Positions 63,701 through 64,000 of a DNA stretch of 64,000 nucleotides are shown one piece after another. Position 1 is the stretch's first letter, and each line of letters starts with the position of its first letter. The notes beneath the pieces are model-generated. The model was not told where the DNA came from and did not search any database. It saw only the letters and a list, made by a program, of their open reading frames with translations. Source of the DNA: Bugula neritina (Eukaryota; Animalia; Bryozoa); assembly GCA_964035545.1 (NCBI GenBank), contig OZ037766.1, forward strand, positions 14,808,722 through 14,872,721, given 5' to 3'. A program made the translations under genes and the position numbers.

Positions 63701-64000
63701 CAGTCCATCAGCACCAAGGTGAGAGATTGTTTCTAGTAGCAGAGGACTGCGGGAGTTCCTATGCTGTGGAGAAGCTCAACAACTGTATAGTTGACAAGTC
63801 TAAAAAGCTGACTTTATATTCTTGCTTTTTGTTCTCAGTATATGCCTAATTATTTATGCATGGGAATACCAGTACACTGTTCTTTGTAGCAGGTATTCAT
63901 TGCCGGTATTTGATGGAAATATTGTGTCAGCTGCGTGGTGACCAGCAAGCCTGTGCTTGTGGGGTAGCTACAGTCACTAACTATGCCTTATTCTTAGTAT
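54784..64000 (+). CDS. PDCD11: RRP5 homolog / programmed cell death 11, 5' part (continues past the window)
   Basis: Starts MNAEVCFPRGG. About 19 exons encode tandem S1 domains (GTLLLAAIKEIRDYELRVNLPNNL, GVEDHGYRIDIGV, LLPGMLVEAKV, HLTEVPLKNPEKK, FYIGQSVTCRIL). Confidence 0.92.
61268..61626 (+). other. U12-type (minor spliceosome) GT-AG intron in PDCD11
   Basis: 5' site GTATCCTTT; branch site TCCTTGAC (61606-61613) close to the AG (61625-61626). Flanking exons join in frame (..SNY|IVSNK..). Confidence 0.88.

Overview
AT-rich, intron-rich animal (invertebrate-like) genomic DNA; most short ORFs in the supplied track are exon fragments or low-complexity artefacts. Reading splice sites and frames by hand gives, left to right: the 5' end of a Ty3/Gypsy-type LTR retrotransposon (LTR, tRNA-Leu PBS, gag, candidate -1 frameshift signal, protease); a small 4-exon orphan membrane-protein gene (-); a cyclic-nucleotide-binding-domain gene (-); AUH (-); an NSF retro-pseudogene abutting a decayed gag; a DxD-less C1GALT1/Cosmc-like GT31 gene (+); a short Aurora kinase (-); a tetraspanin (+); GOSR2 (-); and the 5' part of PDCD11/RRP5 (+), which has a U12-type intron. 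The most striking non-coding signal is a pair of (TA)n-embedded, highly structured short retroelements, each carrying a complete type I hammerhead ribozyme (retrozyme/Penelope-like). Other oddities are two tandem arrays of duplicated splice donors built on 17-nt GT..AG modules, and 3/6-periodic low-complexity tracts beside the inferred promoters. Coordinates were counted by hand and may be off by a few bases.
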